Shown here: positions 25,301-39,200 of the stretch, in pieces
How positions within the stretch are numbered: the stretch's first letter is position 1
Layout of the letters: each line of letters starts with the position of its first letter
Assembly (NCBI GenBank): GCA_030141605.1
Contig: JAQGDQ010000128.1
Location: forward strand, 434,001 to 498,000
DNA length: 64,000 nucleotides
Direction: 5' to 3'
Source: Tubiluchus corallicola
Taxonomy: Eukaryota > Animalia > Priapulida
The notes under the pieces: generated by a model
Databases searched by the model: none
What the model was told of the DNA's origin: nothing
What the model saw: the letters and a program-made list of their open reading frames with translations, nothing else
Made by a program: the position numbers and the translations under genes

Positions 25301-28300
25301 AACGCTGTAAATGTTTGTGCCATTTGGAAAAGCTGATTTATGAAGAATGAAAAATATTAGAATTATGTGGGAGTGAGTAAGGGGTACCAATGTCAGAATT
25401 AAACATAACACAAACAATAATCTAGTAGAGACACATGCAATTACATCTAGTAACAGTTTTCAATATTGTACCAATACAAAATCATATCCAAAGAAATGCT
25501 CATTAACAATTTATTGTTGGTCATTAAACTGTTTTATCGCCCTATTTAAAGTTGTTTTCAAACACGTTCTTTGCTATTTCTAATCTAATCACGGGGAAGT
25601 GATAAGGAATATACATGATATAAAACAACAGTGTAACGTAGGTTATATATTTCTAATAATATTTCACAATTACAGCCACATACAAATTTATAATTACAGT
25701 TTTAGCAGCAAAATTTATAAACAGACTACTAATGATCTACTCAACAAAGCAGGACTTGTGGCATAACTATACTATATCTATACGGTCTAAAATCCACCGG
25801 TCAATCAGTAAATTACAGATGATAATTTACGAAGGCATATTTACATTGAGAACTACTACTTTGACACTAAAACTATCACACAAGCAGTGACGAGGTATAC
25901 ACAACTAAAGCAACATGAACTACACTTTTTATTCTAATGCTTAATTACCTGAAAGACATTAGTACCTTGTTGCTTCTTATAAATTATATAAATTCCACAC
26001 ATGTGCATGTCTTTTTCCATACAGAGTTACAGAAAGTGAGCACATATGGCAGAGCCAATTACAGCAACAAACTATTCCAAGAACTGGAAGTGTACCATCT
26101 ACAGTATACCCTGCTGGAGAAACACAGAATGATCACTTTGTAAAACCAGCTGATGTAGTAGCCACAGCAACTTCTGCACCATTTCAAATTTACTCGGATG
26201 CAGAAACAGGCAATGATCCTAATCAGGAAAATCTGTAAGTAGTGCTGCTCCTCTATTCCAAAGGAAAACTCTGTGCTACAGTTATTTATTGATTTTTCTG
26301 TAAATAAGCACAAGGCTACATGTGTAGTTTGGTGCATACTATATGGTGCTGAGTTAATATTATAGTGTAATATAACTTTAGACTGAAACGCTGTAAATGT
26401 TTGTGCCATTTGGAAAAGCTGATTTATGAAGAATGAAAAATATTAGAATTATGTGGGAGTGAGTAAGGGGTACCAATGTCAGAATTAAACATAACACAAA
26501 CAATAATCTAGTAGAGACACATGCAATTACATCTAGTAACAGTTTTCAATATTGTACCAATACAAAATCATATCCAAAGAAATGCTCATTATCAATTTAT
26601 TGTTGGTCATTAAACTGTTTTATCGCCCTATTTAAAGTTGTTTTCAAACACATTCTTTGCTATTTCTAATCTAATCACGGGGAAGTGATAAGGAATATAC
26701 ATGATATAAAACAACAGTGTAACGTAGGTTATATATTTCTAACATTTTATTCCTTAAAAAATATGTTAATGAGAGTTCAAAAATGGTGTGTCCCAAGTAA
26801 AGGTTAAAAGACAGGAAAACACTTCATAAATAAAGCTTTAAAAATTCCTCTTGAAATTTCATGTCACTTAGATGTTGTCTTATTGCATATAGGGCTTGTG
26901 ATACAGTAACTCTGCATAAAGCTTGTAAACTTAAAATCCTGCGGTAACTATTAGGCTATACTTTAAATTCTCTTTTCTCCCCCTTTAACTGATCAGTAAC
27001 TCAGTAAAGACCTATAATTATTATTTATACGTTAAAGGACTTCAAAATGCCTTTCGTAATATTAAAATTTTCATTCATCTCCAGTTACCCATAATTACAT
27101 TGTGAAATTTGAGAAATTTAGATTACTGATTCTTGCTAAACATCGCGCTTTGTGAGCTATCTTAATACCATTTTTCTAGCCTTTATTTTTACTATTGTCA
27201 AGTTGGTACAGTTGTCAATCTTTAGAAAAACATTATTTCATATTTTATATTCCAATTGTAGCAATTGTTATACTGAAAATAAACCTAAGGTACACATTCA
27301 TTTTTACAATATGGTGTGTAGTTTGCACAGTTGTTTGGACACGAGAATTTAAGTGAAACATCCAGTTTATTTGACATAAAATAATGTAATGTACTCCTGA
27401 TATGAACTGCCACTGAATTACATAAAGCCTTTCTTGATAATCACCTTGTACTTGTGATCAATAAATTACATATTACAAATGGTAATTTAGAACTGTGTAG
27501 ATGGTCTTCTGTTTACTTTGTAGAGTTAACTAACACAATTAGAGTTGTATGTTACAGCACTGAAATATGAATAGCGACAATAGTAGTTTGATAGCTTACG
27601 TAATTTCAGGCCTCCTCAAGGCTATTCCCAGCCCAATGTAGTTAGACGTGGACTTGCCGTTCTACAAGAGGTGCCTATTGACCCAACTGATTATTGCCAA
27701 GAAGACCAGGTAATCATAATTTCTTGTATCTGTACTTAGTTACACTTTAAGTCAAAATTTCAAAAAAATGTGCATTTTTTACAAAAGCTTGTGTCAAGTA
27801 AATGGTTAACCGTTTCAGGCTATCTAATCATGCACTTGTTTTTGACGCAGGTTTGCGATGATGTCGATGATGACGATTACGAAACAACGGGCTTGATAAA
27901 TGGCGTCAGATTTCTGGCTCCGGATTGCGAACTGAACATTGATGAAACTTTTGCACCTTCATCGTCATCTACTAGACGATTCAACGTCACTAATGCGTGC
28001 ATTCCAAGTGGCCAGTCTGGAGGTTTCAGTGCATATAACTGTGGCAAACTTACAGGAGATCCTGGTAAACTTCTTGTGTCTACCTATCAGTCTGTCTATC
28101 ATTAGTCTGTCTATTTGTCAGTAAAGCATCGGACAGGTACACTGTACTTTATGCATGTGTGTATATAGCAAAACTTCATTTACGTGAGTAGTTTGCATCA
28201 GCAAAATATGTACTTAAATGAATTAAAGACAGTTAGGAACTAATGTAAATCTTCGAAAATGCATCTCCTTTGATAGTTAACTGAGAAATTAATACTTGGG

Positions 28301-31300
28301 TCAAATAATAATCAAATTCATTATGTGCTTGTGATTTTTAGTGTGTTTTAATTATACTTTTTTCCATTAAAATTCATTATCGTTCCTGTGGAGTCTTCTG
28401 TTTTTTCACTAGCCACATATGCATCACATTTAACTAGAATGGTTGTTAGCAAAATTAGTTATTAATCCCTACATGTATGCCATTTTGTCATTGCGTGTGT
28501 ATTAATTTATTATGCACCAGTGATAAACCAAATCAAGTTAGCTAGATTGACATGTATATGCCACATCGCCTGAAAATACTAACAGTTAACTTCATTACGA
28601 TGGATTTATTTTAGTGAATAGAGCTTCGTTAGCCAAGGACATACCACACTTGCATACATGTAATCGTACATCAAGACTTGCTTATTTTTTCAGACACTGC
28701 CAAGGAGATCAAACAGGTTTGTCCCACACCGGATCAAAGCACAGACGTCGCTTCAAGCCATCAGTTTCAGCATATTCGTGTGGACGTCGTAGGGCCAGCA
28801 ATGCGTGTTCAGTCCGAGCCTCAACTATACAACACAACAGAGCCGGCAGCCGATCTTAGGTTAGTAGTAATTCATAAGAATTTGTAGGCTGTCACCCGCT
28901 GTGCAAACCTGTACTGGCCAAAATGAAATTAATAAATATTTAAATTTGACTTCCTTAATTCGGCATACTGGGTGTTTCCTATGTCAAACTGACAGCTCTG
29001 TGTATTTTTCATTAAGCATGGGACGATATAGAAGGAACTCAAATTGCAAATTTCCATCTATTTACAGAAACATGATTGTTTCATGACAATAGCCTACCAA
29101 TAAACTGATGAACATTATTAAAAATGAAGGTACAGCTCAATGTATCAATGGCATTTCTGCACTGACAGTTATCGTTAAATGTAATACTTATTCACATTTG
29201 TGATAAACGAAGTAATCTATAAACTTTGCAATGAAAACCATAGTTTTCGTGTACATCATAGAGATTATAGCAGCTTCAGCAAACACTATTAATAATATGA
29301 AGGAAAAATCTGAATATTTTTTGTTCTGAAACGTTTTTGTAATGAAATGGAAAGCTAATGACGTTCAAAAGAATTTAACCAAGTTTCTTGAAGGAGTTTG
29401 TATATAGGCTATAGAAACATTTTTTTATTCTGAATTTGGATGTGAGACCTTCCTGTAGCTGTCGTGTTGCTGCGCTGTCATTCTATGAAGATGACAGTTG
29501 TTGTTAAACTTATTCCTTGCTAATTGCGATTCGTAATCAAGCAAATTTTTGCACCTTAATTCAAAGTTATTTTTAAACATGTTCTTTTCTATTTCTAGTC
29601 CTATCATGGAGACGAGTAGAGAATACATGAAATCTTCTAGCAGCAGTAGTAGCAGTTGTGCATCCGCTATGTCGACACGGTCACGTCATTGTTCTCGTGG
29701 AAATTCTGCAACAGGTCACTCACTCAATGCACGCACACCTGGCATACGAGCTGAACTTACTGTCGATGAAGAAGTTCGACGAAGATTAGCAAATGTTTCG
29801 CTAGAAGATGCCAATCAAGAAAGGTAGTGACTATAGTAATCTAAACATCGTTTTTGAAGTGTGATGACTGAGGTGTTTGAAAATTGGCTTTTCCTGTAGA
29901 GTTTCTAGCTAAAAATTATGTTTTACAGAAAGCTGAAGCTTGTAAGTAAATTTCTTTGTGAATTTCACTTCTGGCACAGGATTTCATCGCTTAAATACCA
30001 AACGGATTGTTTGAGCGAATGTTAACTATGCTCATGTTGTGCGGGAATCTCAGCTTTGGTAAACAACATGATAAACATGCCTACTAGTGTTTACTTAGAA
30101 TTGTTTCTGTTTCTACTATCTATATTCAGACTATCATTAATGGTCAATCGTAATCTACAAATGAATAAAACAAATAGATTAAAACAGCATATTAGCACAC
30201 AGTTAGAATACATATTAACAAACAGAATGTGTAGTTAAATATTTATATTAACACACAAAATTGGAAAGTTGCAAAGGATATTCCTAATTTCTGAGTGTTA
30301 AATATGCAGATTTAATCTGTTTGTTTGTTCATTTGTAGATTTTGATTGAAAAATAAACATTGGGGGATAGTCGAAAAATCTCCTAAGCAATTGCCTGTAG
30401 ACATGTTTATCACATTGTTTCTGATTCTGTTTTTGTTATGTGTTAACTAGTATATAAGTTTGCACTAGAGTCAGAAGTAGTTTTTGTAGACTTGTACACG
30501 ACATTCTCAGCTGAAAAAACTCAGTAACGCAAGTACAAAACCCCTTGTGACTGTTTTTGTTGCTGATCTTTCTCCACAAATGCTGCCAAACAAATTAAGG
30601 ACCCCTTATTTTTTTTCAGATCAGTCAACTCTCCTTAGGTAGAGGTAACAAACGATCAACCAAGCATTTTTTTTACTAATTTTCATAGTTTTTTGTCTGT
30701 TGTGAGAGTTTCGTCTTTTGCATTTTAACTAACTTACTGGGCCATTTGTAATTTTACTATCCCTTTTATTTTTGTTAGGCAAAATGGTCATAATGTCTCA
30801 CTAGAGAGAAATGAGGTTTCCCTTAGACTGGTGACCGATACAGAGAATGCTGACATTTCAAATGGAGAAACGTATTCTGATCCATTTAGTTTGGATCTAG
30901 TGAGGCAGTTTTTAAATCATTTGACTCCTCCACTATCTTCTTATAACAACTACACGTACATCGATAAACCTATGGGAAACTTTAAAGCAGGCTTTGAGGT
31001 TGATTTAGGTAATTTCTTGTATTTTACCTTCTTTTGGTTTGCAATATGACTGTTTTATCTGCATATATTAAACTTCTACTTTTAAATTTTAGGTTTATCA
31101 GCACACAACTGAGATATTGTGACATTGTAAAACTCAGCCCTTATAATAATTGGTGTTAATATAAATGTGATATTTGATATTTGTAGGCATACCATTTTTT
31201 GTGACATATATTGCATATACACGTGACCTGATGTTGTTATGTAACTTGTGCTACTTGCAGGTATCGGAGATTACCAGCTAGTCAAGTGCATTGGTGATGG

Positions 31301-34101
31301 AGCTTATGCTCGCATCTATCAGGCCCGCAAAAGCAATGCTGATAAAGAAAAGGATGTTGTTTTAAAGGTAAAAGTTGTGTTTTTTTTGCCCAGTGATTAC
31401 CAGCACCAAAAATTTTGTAACGTTTATATTTACATAAAAACATTCGGAAAATAAACTGTTAATTTTAATAATTACATTATATAATAGTGTGAATGGTGCA
31501 CTATGCTTCTTCATGACACGTTCAATCCAACTATCCTTATTTACGATTGCTCATAACAGTTTCTGTAACTGCCAACATTTTCATAAGTAGGCATATGTTG
31601 TCTTTGTAGGAAAACTTTTGTAGCTGCAATTGCTGTTGCTACAGTGGCAAAACACTTCGTACTAATTGTAATGTGAATCTTTGTTTTTGTGTATTTTTTG
31701 CAGTTGCAAAAGCCAGCTTGGCCATGGGAGTTTTACATTTGTAGTACACTCAACGAGAAGCTTGCAAAGCTACCCATGCCTGTAGATATTCGACCGTCAA
31801 TAATGTCAATTGATGAAGCCATTATCTTCCTGGATGGTAGTTGCCTCATCAATGAATATCATCCAAATGGATCCCTGCTGGTAGGAACGGATAAGCGTTA
31901 GCTTTCATACAGTCACTTTTAGACTTACCAAATTAAGTCAGTCGACTTGGACTAGACTCAGTATTCTTTTAACGACTGTGCTTCTTGTTGTGCCATTAAT
32001 TGGCAGATACCTCACTGAGACTTGAAATTAAATACTCGAGTTTTGAAACCAGTAATTTGAAACAATCCTGATCATTTTATACAGGCAGTAGGCTTTGGGG
32101 TGTTAGTACATTGGTGGCCAAACCTTGTCACTCATTAAAAATCGTAAGCATGGTATAGTCACTTAGTCAATCAACAAAAATTGAATATTGTCATCAATCC
32201 AGCTAATGTCACCAATTTCTTTTAATGTTAATTAAGAATGTCCCACTCTTCGATAAAAATTTTATTATGTAAAGCATATTGTAGTCACACCAACACAGTC
32301 TGCCTCCTACAGTGCATTGTTAAAAGTATTTTCAAGGTTGGTTAAGCATTACACTAAACTGTATTACTGGGTCCAAAAACCTCATAGTTTTACTAAAAGC
32401 ATTATCACATTTTTTTCGCTCATCCGAAATTGCTGTAAACCGTTAGCTTATGTTACAGGATTTAGTAAACATTCACAAGATGACTATGACAAAGGGTCAG
32501 GCAAAACCATGTCTAGATGAATTTTTGGCAGCTTACCTAACAATACAGATGCTCTATATTATGGAAAGTATGCATGCGTGCGAGATCATACATTGCGATG
32601 TGAAACCTGATAACTTTGTCTGTACGGGCTTGTAAGTATCGTGCTGTACTTATTTATATGTACAGGTTTTATCATTTTGTCACAAATGATCGTTCACATT
32701 GCACTAAGGTTACATATCTTTTTTATGACATAGCATAGTCAATCGATGATACAAGATTGTTATTACTACTAGCCAAACCTTATAAAAGAAGCATATAAAT
32801 ATATACCACACACAACACTACCAACTGCAATGGTAGCGAAGATAGCAACAACAGCACAACAGCAAAGGCAGCAGCCCAGTGAAACCTGCATTTTGCACAT
32901 AGTCGAAGATGTGAAATTACAAACGCTCTTAGACCCATTTACTGATGATCATTAATGCACAAACATTCCATATAGTCTTTACAAACCTGTCCTGCATATT
33001 ATTGCATTTCGTTTTAGTACCTGAAAACGTTGTAAATTCACATAAAAATGTCTCTGTTCTTTTTTCTACAGTGTACTGCTTGATGAAAACTGCACAGATC
33101 CTGACAAACTTTTTGGATTAGTTACAACATCACTGAAGCTGATTGATTTTGGTCGTTCTCTCAACATGTCGCTATTTCCTGTTGGCACTAGTTTCTATCA
33201 CAAGGTGGCCACTGACTGTTTTCAGTGTACAGAAATGTTAGAAGGAAAGCCCTGGACTTATCAAGTACGTCTATCAATAAACTTTTTATTCACCAAATTT
33301 TACGTATGTGGTGTTAGATTGCACTGTGGAAACTATATTGTGGTCATCAAGAACATTTCAACATGGCATGTTCTTTGTTCTGCATTGCACTATTTTTTTT
33401 GTTTGCAACTGTATTTGTCAATAAAATTGTGCAAATTTTTCATGTTTATTTTCAAGACTGACTTATTTGGAATGGCTGCATGCGTGAACTGCATGCTGAG
33501 TGGGGATTATATGAATCCATATCATGAGAATGGTGTATGGAAAATTACAACCAACATTAAAAGGTAACATTTTTAACAATATTGTAATTCTGCAAGTGAA
33601 TATGCCGAGGATATTTATTATATTACGTTCAAGTTATACCACTTAAACCTCAGTTGCTGTCCATTTTGTCAAGATTTAAATAGCAAAATCTAATTAAGTA
33701 GATTAGAAGCTCTACACTAAAAATACCACCTATCAACTAGTGAAGGGCATACTGTGATTTGTTTTTCAAAACTTGAAACCTAACGTGCATAAATGTCACT
33801 TAGATGCTTTTGTGTGGTAGTGTTTGTGTTTGCATTAGCAGACCATTGTCTAAAGGTTTACCTAAGTTCATTTTGTGCTCAAGTTGTTTTACGCACCGCT
33901 ATTTCATTATATTCAAAATTTTGCAGGAACTGGGCCTTTAGGAATTTTTGGAAGTCTTTTTTCCATGTTTTATTAAACATACCAAGCTGTACTGAGTTAC
34001 CTGACTTGAGAGCGATGCGACGTGAACTGCAACTACAATTTACAAACCTCAACAACGTCAGGGCCTACAACAACGCTGTATTGAACTTGTCAACTTCATG
34101 A
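13390..34101 (+). CDS. BUB1: Mitotic checkpoint kinase BUB1/BUBR1 (undivided MadBub), about 1623 aa (1693 aa if both duplicated exons are used)
   Basis: Exons: 13390-13562, 14324-14383, 14705-14849, 15332-15528, 16120-16289, 17212-17396, 17610-17707, 18164-18281, 18434-18534, 19297-19372, 20164-20238, 21340-21521, 21764-22090, 22195-22695, 23061-23341, 24134-24239, 24939-25148, (copy 26025-26234), 27610-27709, 27851-28064, 28694-28859, 29599-29823, 30779-31008, 31261-31367, 31704-31880, 32459-32631, 33072-33264, 33457-33563, 33927-34101. All introns are GT-AG with continuous frame. Motifs: WEMSKENVQP, GDDP/YKNDRRY (TPR), GLEBS EEFSFEELKA, CD1 PSPTVNTKEAM, KARD LSPIME, kinase GDGAYA, WEFY, HCDVKPDN, DFG. 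Confidence 0.93.
18743..19126. mobile_element. hAT-like MITE in BUB1 intron 9
   Basis: TIRs CAGGGTTCTCACGG / CTGTGGGAACCCTG (12/14). Many subterminal TCAGGGAAA/CCTGGAAAA repeats. TSD is degenerate. Confidence 0.75.
20407..21227. mobile_element. Tc1/mariner (pogo/Tigger-like) MITE in BUB1 intron 11
   Basis: TA-flanked imperfect 26-bp TIRs: CAGTAGGTGCCATTTATTAGACTCAC versus reverse complement CAGTAGGGGCCACTTCACAGACTCAC. Confidence 0.7.
21211..21275. repeat. 31-bp direct tandem duplication with AAA spacer
   Basis: TGAAGTGGCCCCTACTGTATACGATATGCTG at 21211-21241 and 21245-21275. Confidence 0.9.
24579..26742 (+). repeat. 1,078-bp tandem duplication containing a complete BUB1 exon
   Basis: Copies at 24579-25656 and 25665-26742 (offset 1086), joined by TAATATTT. 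Three substitutions spotted (24744/25830, 25506/26592, 25566/26652). Identical ORF pairs appear in the ORF track. Confidence 0.95.
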
Positions 34102-35549
34102 GAGTAAACCTGTGTTTAACAGATAGCATTATTTTTACCTGTTCTGTAAAACGTTTACTTATTGATTTTTTGTGCATGTTATGGTAAACTTTATTTTTCA
34201 CATAGCATCTTCTTATGAGTTATTAAGCAGATTGACTCTACTGAAAGAAAGCAATATGTTCATTTACTGAATGTTGTATTGAGGGTAGCTTTGTGCTCTT
34301 GTACTATGTAATATAGTTATATAAAATTGTTTAAAATTAGCCTGTTATGATTTTATAAGCACATTTGGCATTCGTTTAATGTTTCATGTTTTAACTAAAC
34401 TATTGTTACAGCTTAAAATTCTTAAGTGAACTGATTCTTGCAATTGTTTTCTATTTTTAGCTTGTGCACTTCTTTTCTTCTTTCCTTCTTTGTCATCTTT
34501 CCACTCATTGCAACTTGCCACATTGTAACTGATATGCTTGTATGTGTCATGTGTTATATAAAAGTGCTTGTATGTCGTAAGTTAAACTGAAATGGCTTAT
34601 TTAAACCACTCATGTACAGTCTGATAAGGCCAAAGATGTATGATGTGTTCTCAAAATGTCAAACAATTACTGTTATCTAATGCACGTAGTTTATATAGAT
34701 GTTCTTCTTTTGTTGAATAGAAAAGTTTATGTAGCATATTAATGAGCAACATTATCTAACTTAAATTTTTACTGTTTATGAATAACTAACTAACTTAAAC
34801 ATGGCATGTATTATATTCTCTGATACTGTTTAAAAATAAAGAGTTAAATGTCAACTTCTCTATCTGAATTGCTTTTGTAGTTGCTAATGCTGAAATACTA
34901 TTTTTGAAACATTAAAATTAAATGACAGTGATTTATGTCCTGTTAATGGAAGTTGTATACATGGAATTTTATTAGTATTATTTTATTTTTTTGGAAACAA
35001 AACAAAGTTCATGGCGAAATACAACAAAATAAGGCCTATTTTCTAATTCAGTGCCTACAATTAAAAATAACTACATGTATGCCATATCTTTGAATTTTAT
35101 AAAGTTTGTTGCATTTAAAAAATACCAATGTTTCTGCCGCTGACCACAGTTTCTGAGGACACAGAAAATAGCAACACAAGCGGTTGCACATTTTATAAAA
35201 AGAAGCAAGCCGGTAAAGCACACCACAAATGGTCCATAATTATTTGTGGGCTTTAAATGGTGAATTTGCAAAACCACATTGTTTTATAATTTTTCACAAA
35301 ATTATGTAATTCTAAAAGTTTTTTTTTACACTTCAGTATGGTTGTGTGGGGGAGTGTTTTATTTAAAATAACTTCGAGCAGTTTGGAAGTGTCATGTAGT
35401 CGTTACTGTACCAAACCCTCGACGGGATAACGATTGATCTGCTTTTTCGGCACAGCGTTAATAAGAGGCTCAAAAGCGTCCCTAGAAAGTACAAAGCATA
35501 AAACTGAGTCTGCCACAGTGCCTCGACCACATCTTGCCAGTCAATTAAC

Positions 35550-35662
35550 AGATGGCGGGAGAAGCAAGTTGTTTACATGACGTAAGTGACGTTCGGCTTT
35601 TTGATTTGCTGCAATGAGTTAAAAGGCGTGGTTTAAGTCTAGCAAACCATCTCCCGCCATAA
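35550..35662 (+). promoter_or_regulatory. E2F7/8 promoter: inverted pair of E2F sites around CRE/ATF-like and GC-box-like motifs
   Basis: ATGGCGGGAGA at 35552-35562 and TCTCCCGCCAT at 35650-35660. TGACGTAA at 35578-35585 and AGGCGTGG near 35625. CpG-enriched patch upstream of the CDS. Confidence 0.65.
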
Positions 35663-36265
35663 GAAGGACGCTATCAGTTTGAGTAATTATGACCGGTATA
35701 CTTTGATAATTATTAGGTTTTTGTTCTTTCTTTGTCGTTTGCGTCTTTATATATACGTACTTATTTCGGGCAGAAACGCTATCATCAATAGGTCTGTTAC
35801 AGAATGTTCCAATCTGCTATTACAAAAAGACTTTAAAGGCACCGCCGGTTAACGTATGTAAATAAGATTAATTAACCTTTTATGAAATCTCTTGAATAAT
35901 AGTTAATGTGTTGCCTACAAGTGAAGTAAGCTTTTGCTTTTAATGCAAATCTATAACACGTGTGGCGACTAATTTATCGACAAAGTCATCACGCAGATGC
36001 TGTAATCAACACAAAAGGAAAATTTATCACAACGGAAAAGTTAATAATAGTCTAATTTTGCAGGGTAACAATATGTGAACAGTAACAATAACGAAAATGT
36101 GAGCAACAACGAAAGAATATCATAACTATAAATATGTTTATATACAGTGTGAATGTTATTCTATTACTCGTATTATTGTTATTAACATTATACATTTTTC
36201 AGATATGATAAACTCAAAATCAAAATTGAAAATAATAATTACAGCTACATTTAATATAACTTGCA

Positions 36266-39200
36266 ATGGAGGATTCTGTTATCCTACGACTGTCTTTTCT
36301 TCCACCGGAATGTGATGGCTCAGTTTCACCTGTCTTGCATGCTGATGAAAACAATCACGATTCCAGTTTGCCTCTGCCATTTTCTTCATTAACCTGTGAA
36401 CCTGAGGAAGTTTTAGCAAGAGACATTCCTCAACTTGTGAATGATCCTGTTCTGTTTTCTGCAGAAACTTATCAATCAGCAGCAACAAGTAAGCATAAAG
36501 GTGATGATAAAGAGGCACTTTCTACGCATGAACAAGTTGTGTTTCACACTCCGTACAGCCCAAGTCCAAAACATGCTGCTCATTTGCAGAGCACCCAGAA
36601 CAGAGAAAACTTTATGTCAGGGAAAACAAAGGGTAAATTTGTTGGCCGTAAACGGCCATTGCAGGATTCTACAAACATTGAAAGTAAAAGAGTGAACCAT
36701 TTGGATGTTACAACGCCAAAGAAATTATCAGCGATCAAGCAAGAGCCTCTGACACCAACAGCAAACTTGAAACTTTTATTCAGCGCTGCTAGCCCTGAGA
36801 TACGTATCAGAGAGACAAAGAAGAAACAGCTTTTTGATGAGGGAAGTAGGGATAGAGATGTAAGTATATTTCATTTTACTAACTATATCTATGTCTAATA
36901 ATAATAAAACTAAAGTTTTACTTTTTGAACTGTGAAATGTCTTGAATAAATATAGGCATCCATACCACTATTTTTATGAAAAATATCTTATTCGTGATGT
37001 TTTGATCCTATTGGATCATTATCAAACGTATCTGTAAAAAAGTGATATTTTAATTGAAATGCTATATAGACTACAATATATCTAGTGCACATACATGTAT
37101 GTGCAATGAATGATAACTACTATACTGTCAAAGTTAATAGCCTTTTTGTAGTATAATAACTTGCCTACTAGGCCTACTAAGTTCTCTAAACTTAAATTTA
37201 ACATTTGATATCTGTTAGTTTGTTAAAGTTAAAACTGTTATTCAAGGAATTGGTTCCTGTGAATGTAGTCGATACAAATTTTGAAAGCCATGCTGAAGGA
37301 GTTGACCGCAGTGAGAGCAGTAGCATAGACGTTAATTTTATGGGCAATTTCTGTACGGATCAACAGACGAGTGCTGAATATTGTCCTAGCGGAGATGTGA
37401 TTATTGACCAAATTTTAGATGTGGAGGTTGAAACGTATAAGCCTAGCCGCAAAGAAAAGTCATTAGGATTGCTATGCAAGAGGTATTGATGCTAATTGTT
37501 GCATTTACAAGTGAAACAACTTCTTGGTTTGTTTGCTGTCTCATTCTATATCTCTGATGTTTGCTGCACATTACATTCTTACTGCTGATAGGAAACAGAC
37601 AGGTATAATTGTTAACATTGCAGATTATAGTTACCCTTTTCTGCAACACAAAGTAAAAGGTTAATACCTATGTTGATGCTGATTATATAGCTTTCTAGCT
37701 CACAATACTATTTAGTCTATAAGTCACAATAAAGTCAAATCCTTTTGAACGTACTTGTTATCTAATAGTCTTATATAATTAAAGCTTGCCTGTGAATAAT
37801 TATTTTAAGCTTTTTACTTTCAAAGAGCTGTTTCTTCATTTGTGCAGATTTTTAGATTTACTGCCAGATTTACCACCAAGTACGGAACCTGTGCCACTAT
37901 GCCTAGATGAGATTGCCAAGGAACTTAGTGAGTAACGATTAATGATAAATACTTGCTGATTAAATATCATTTGACAGTTTTTACTAAATATTGTAATCGT
38001 AATAAACTCTAGAGTTGGAAGACATAATAAATTGTTTTGAAAGAAATCATCAGGCGGTGTAATCTGTGATTGTCTGATCTGTTGAAATCTTTGAGTGTGT
38101 TAAAATTATCTGTTAGCTTATTGGTTTAGTAAGGTTTACTGTTCAACATGCTTTATATAGACACGGCGAGATGCTTGTGATGTGAAGCTGAGCATTGTGT
38201 TGTTCTTGATTTTGCTAACCGAAAAACTTGAACTATTACATTATTTTAAAAATATCCATGAGACTTTGTCTTGTTTAATAAACTTCTTTATAGATACAGA
38301 ACGAAGAAGGATATATGATATTGTGAATGTCCTTGAAGCTCTCGAGATGGTGCACCGTCTAGCAAAAAATAGATACTCTTGGTATGGAAAAACCAATTTG
38401 ACCAACACTCTTAGTCGTTTACAGGTTAGACAGTTTACTTTATCAGAATATCTCATTTGTTATTTGATGAAATTACGCTACTAAAGCATTTTCAAAGCTT
38501 CGCTAACAGCATAATAATCTACATAATTGCTTTAATTGGTCCAATGAAATCATGTTTAATAATTAGCCCAGTAGTTAATTCAGTTCTCTGATAAGTGTTA
38601 AAAGACAACACAAACATTCAAATGTAAATGGAATGCTATTCGTATACAGATTTTTGCCTGTGCAGGTTGCATGAAGAATGTTCCCCAGCTTACCAGCATT
38701 TAATTACAGGAACTTTATCATACTCCATGTTGCATTATATTTTGTGCCCTCAACACCATTTGCTTCTGCTGTTCATCACTTTAATTTCACTTTTGCACGG
38801 GTGAACATGTAAATACAAATACAGGCTAACAATTCCTGGCTGTTAATCAGCTTGTTACTCTTCTAGGTGGTTCAGTTAATTGCCACATAAATTAGGACGA
38901 ATTGCGACTCATTTTCAGTTAATCACACGTTGTGATTGAAATACCACCTGTGACCATGCAAGATAATCAATAGCGCACGCGTAAATTGATATTCGATTTG
39001 GAATTGCTGAATATTCAGGTCTCGGAATGCGATCTTTGGTTCAGTTTGGCAGAAACATAAATTCTGCCTTCAATGCCCCTTTATACTAATGCGATGGTGG
39101 TAGAAGAAGCAACAGCGGCATTGACGGCAATTATTTAAATGGCTTCAGTGACGATAATAAAAATTAAAGGAGCGTAAGCCCTGCTTATATTGTTATAACA

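Noticed and set aside
24851-26409. Duplicated 68-aa and 116-aa ORFs as separate genes
   Set aside because: Off-frame and antisense readings across the duplicated BUB1 exon.
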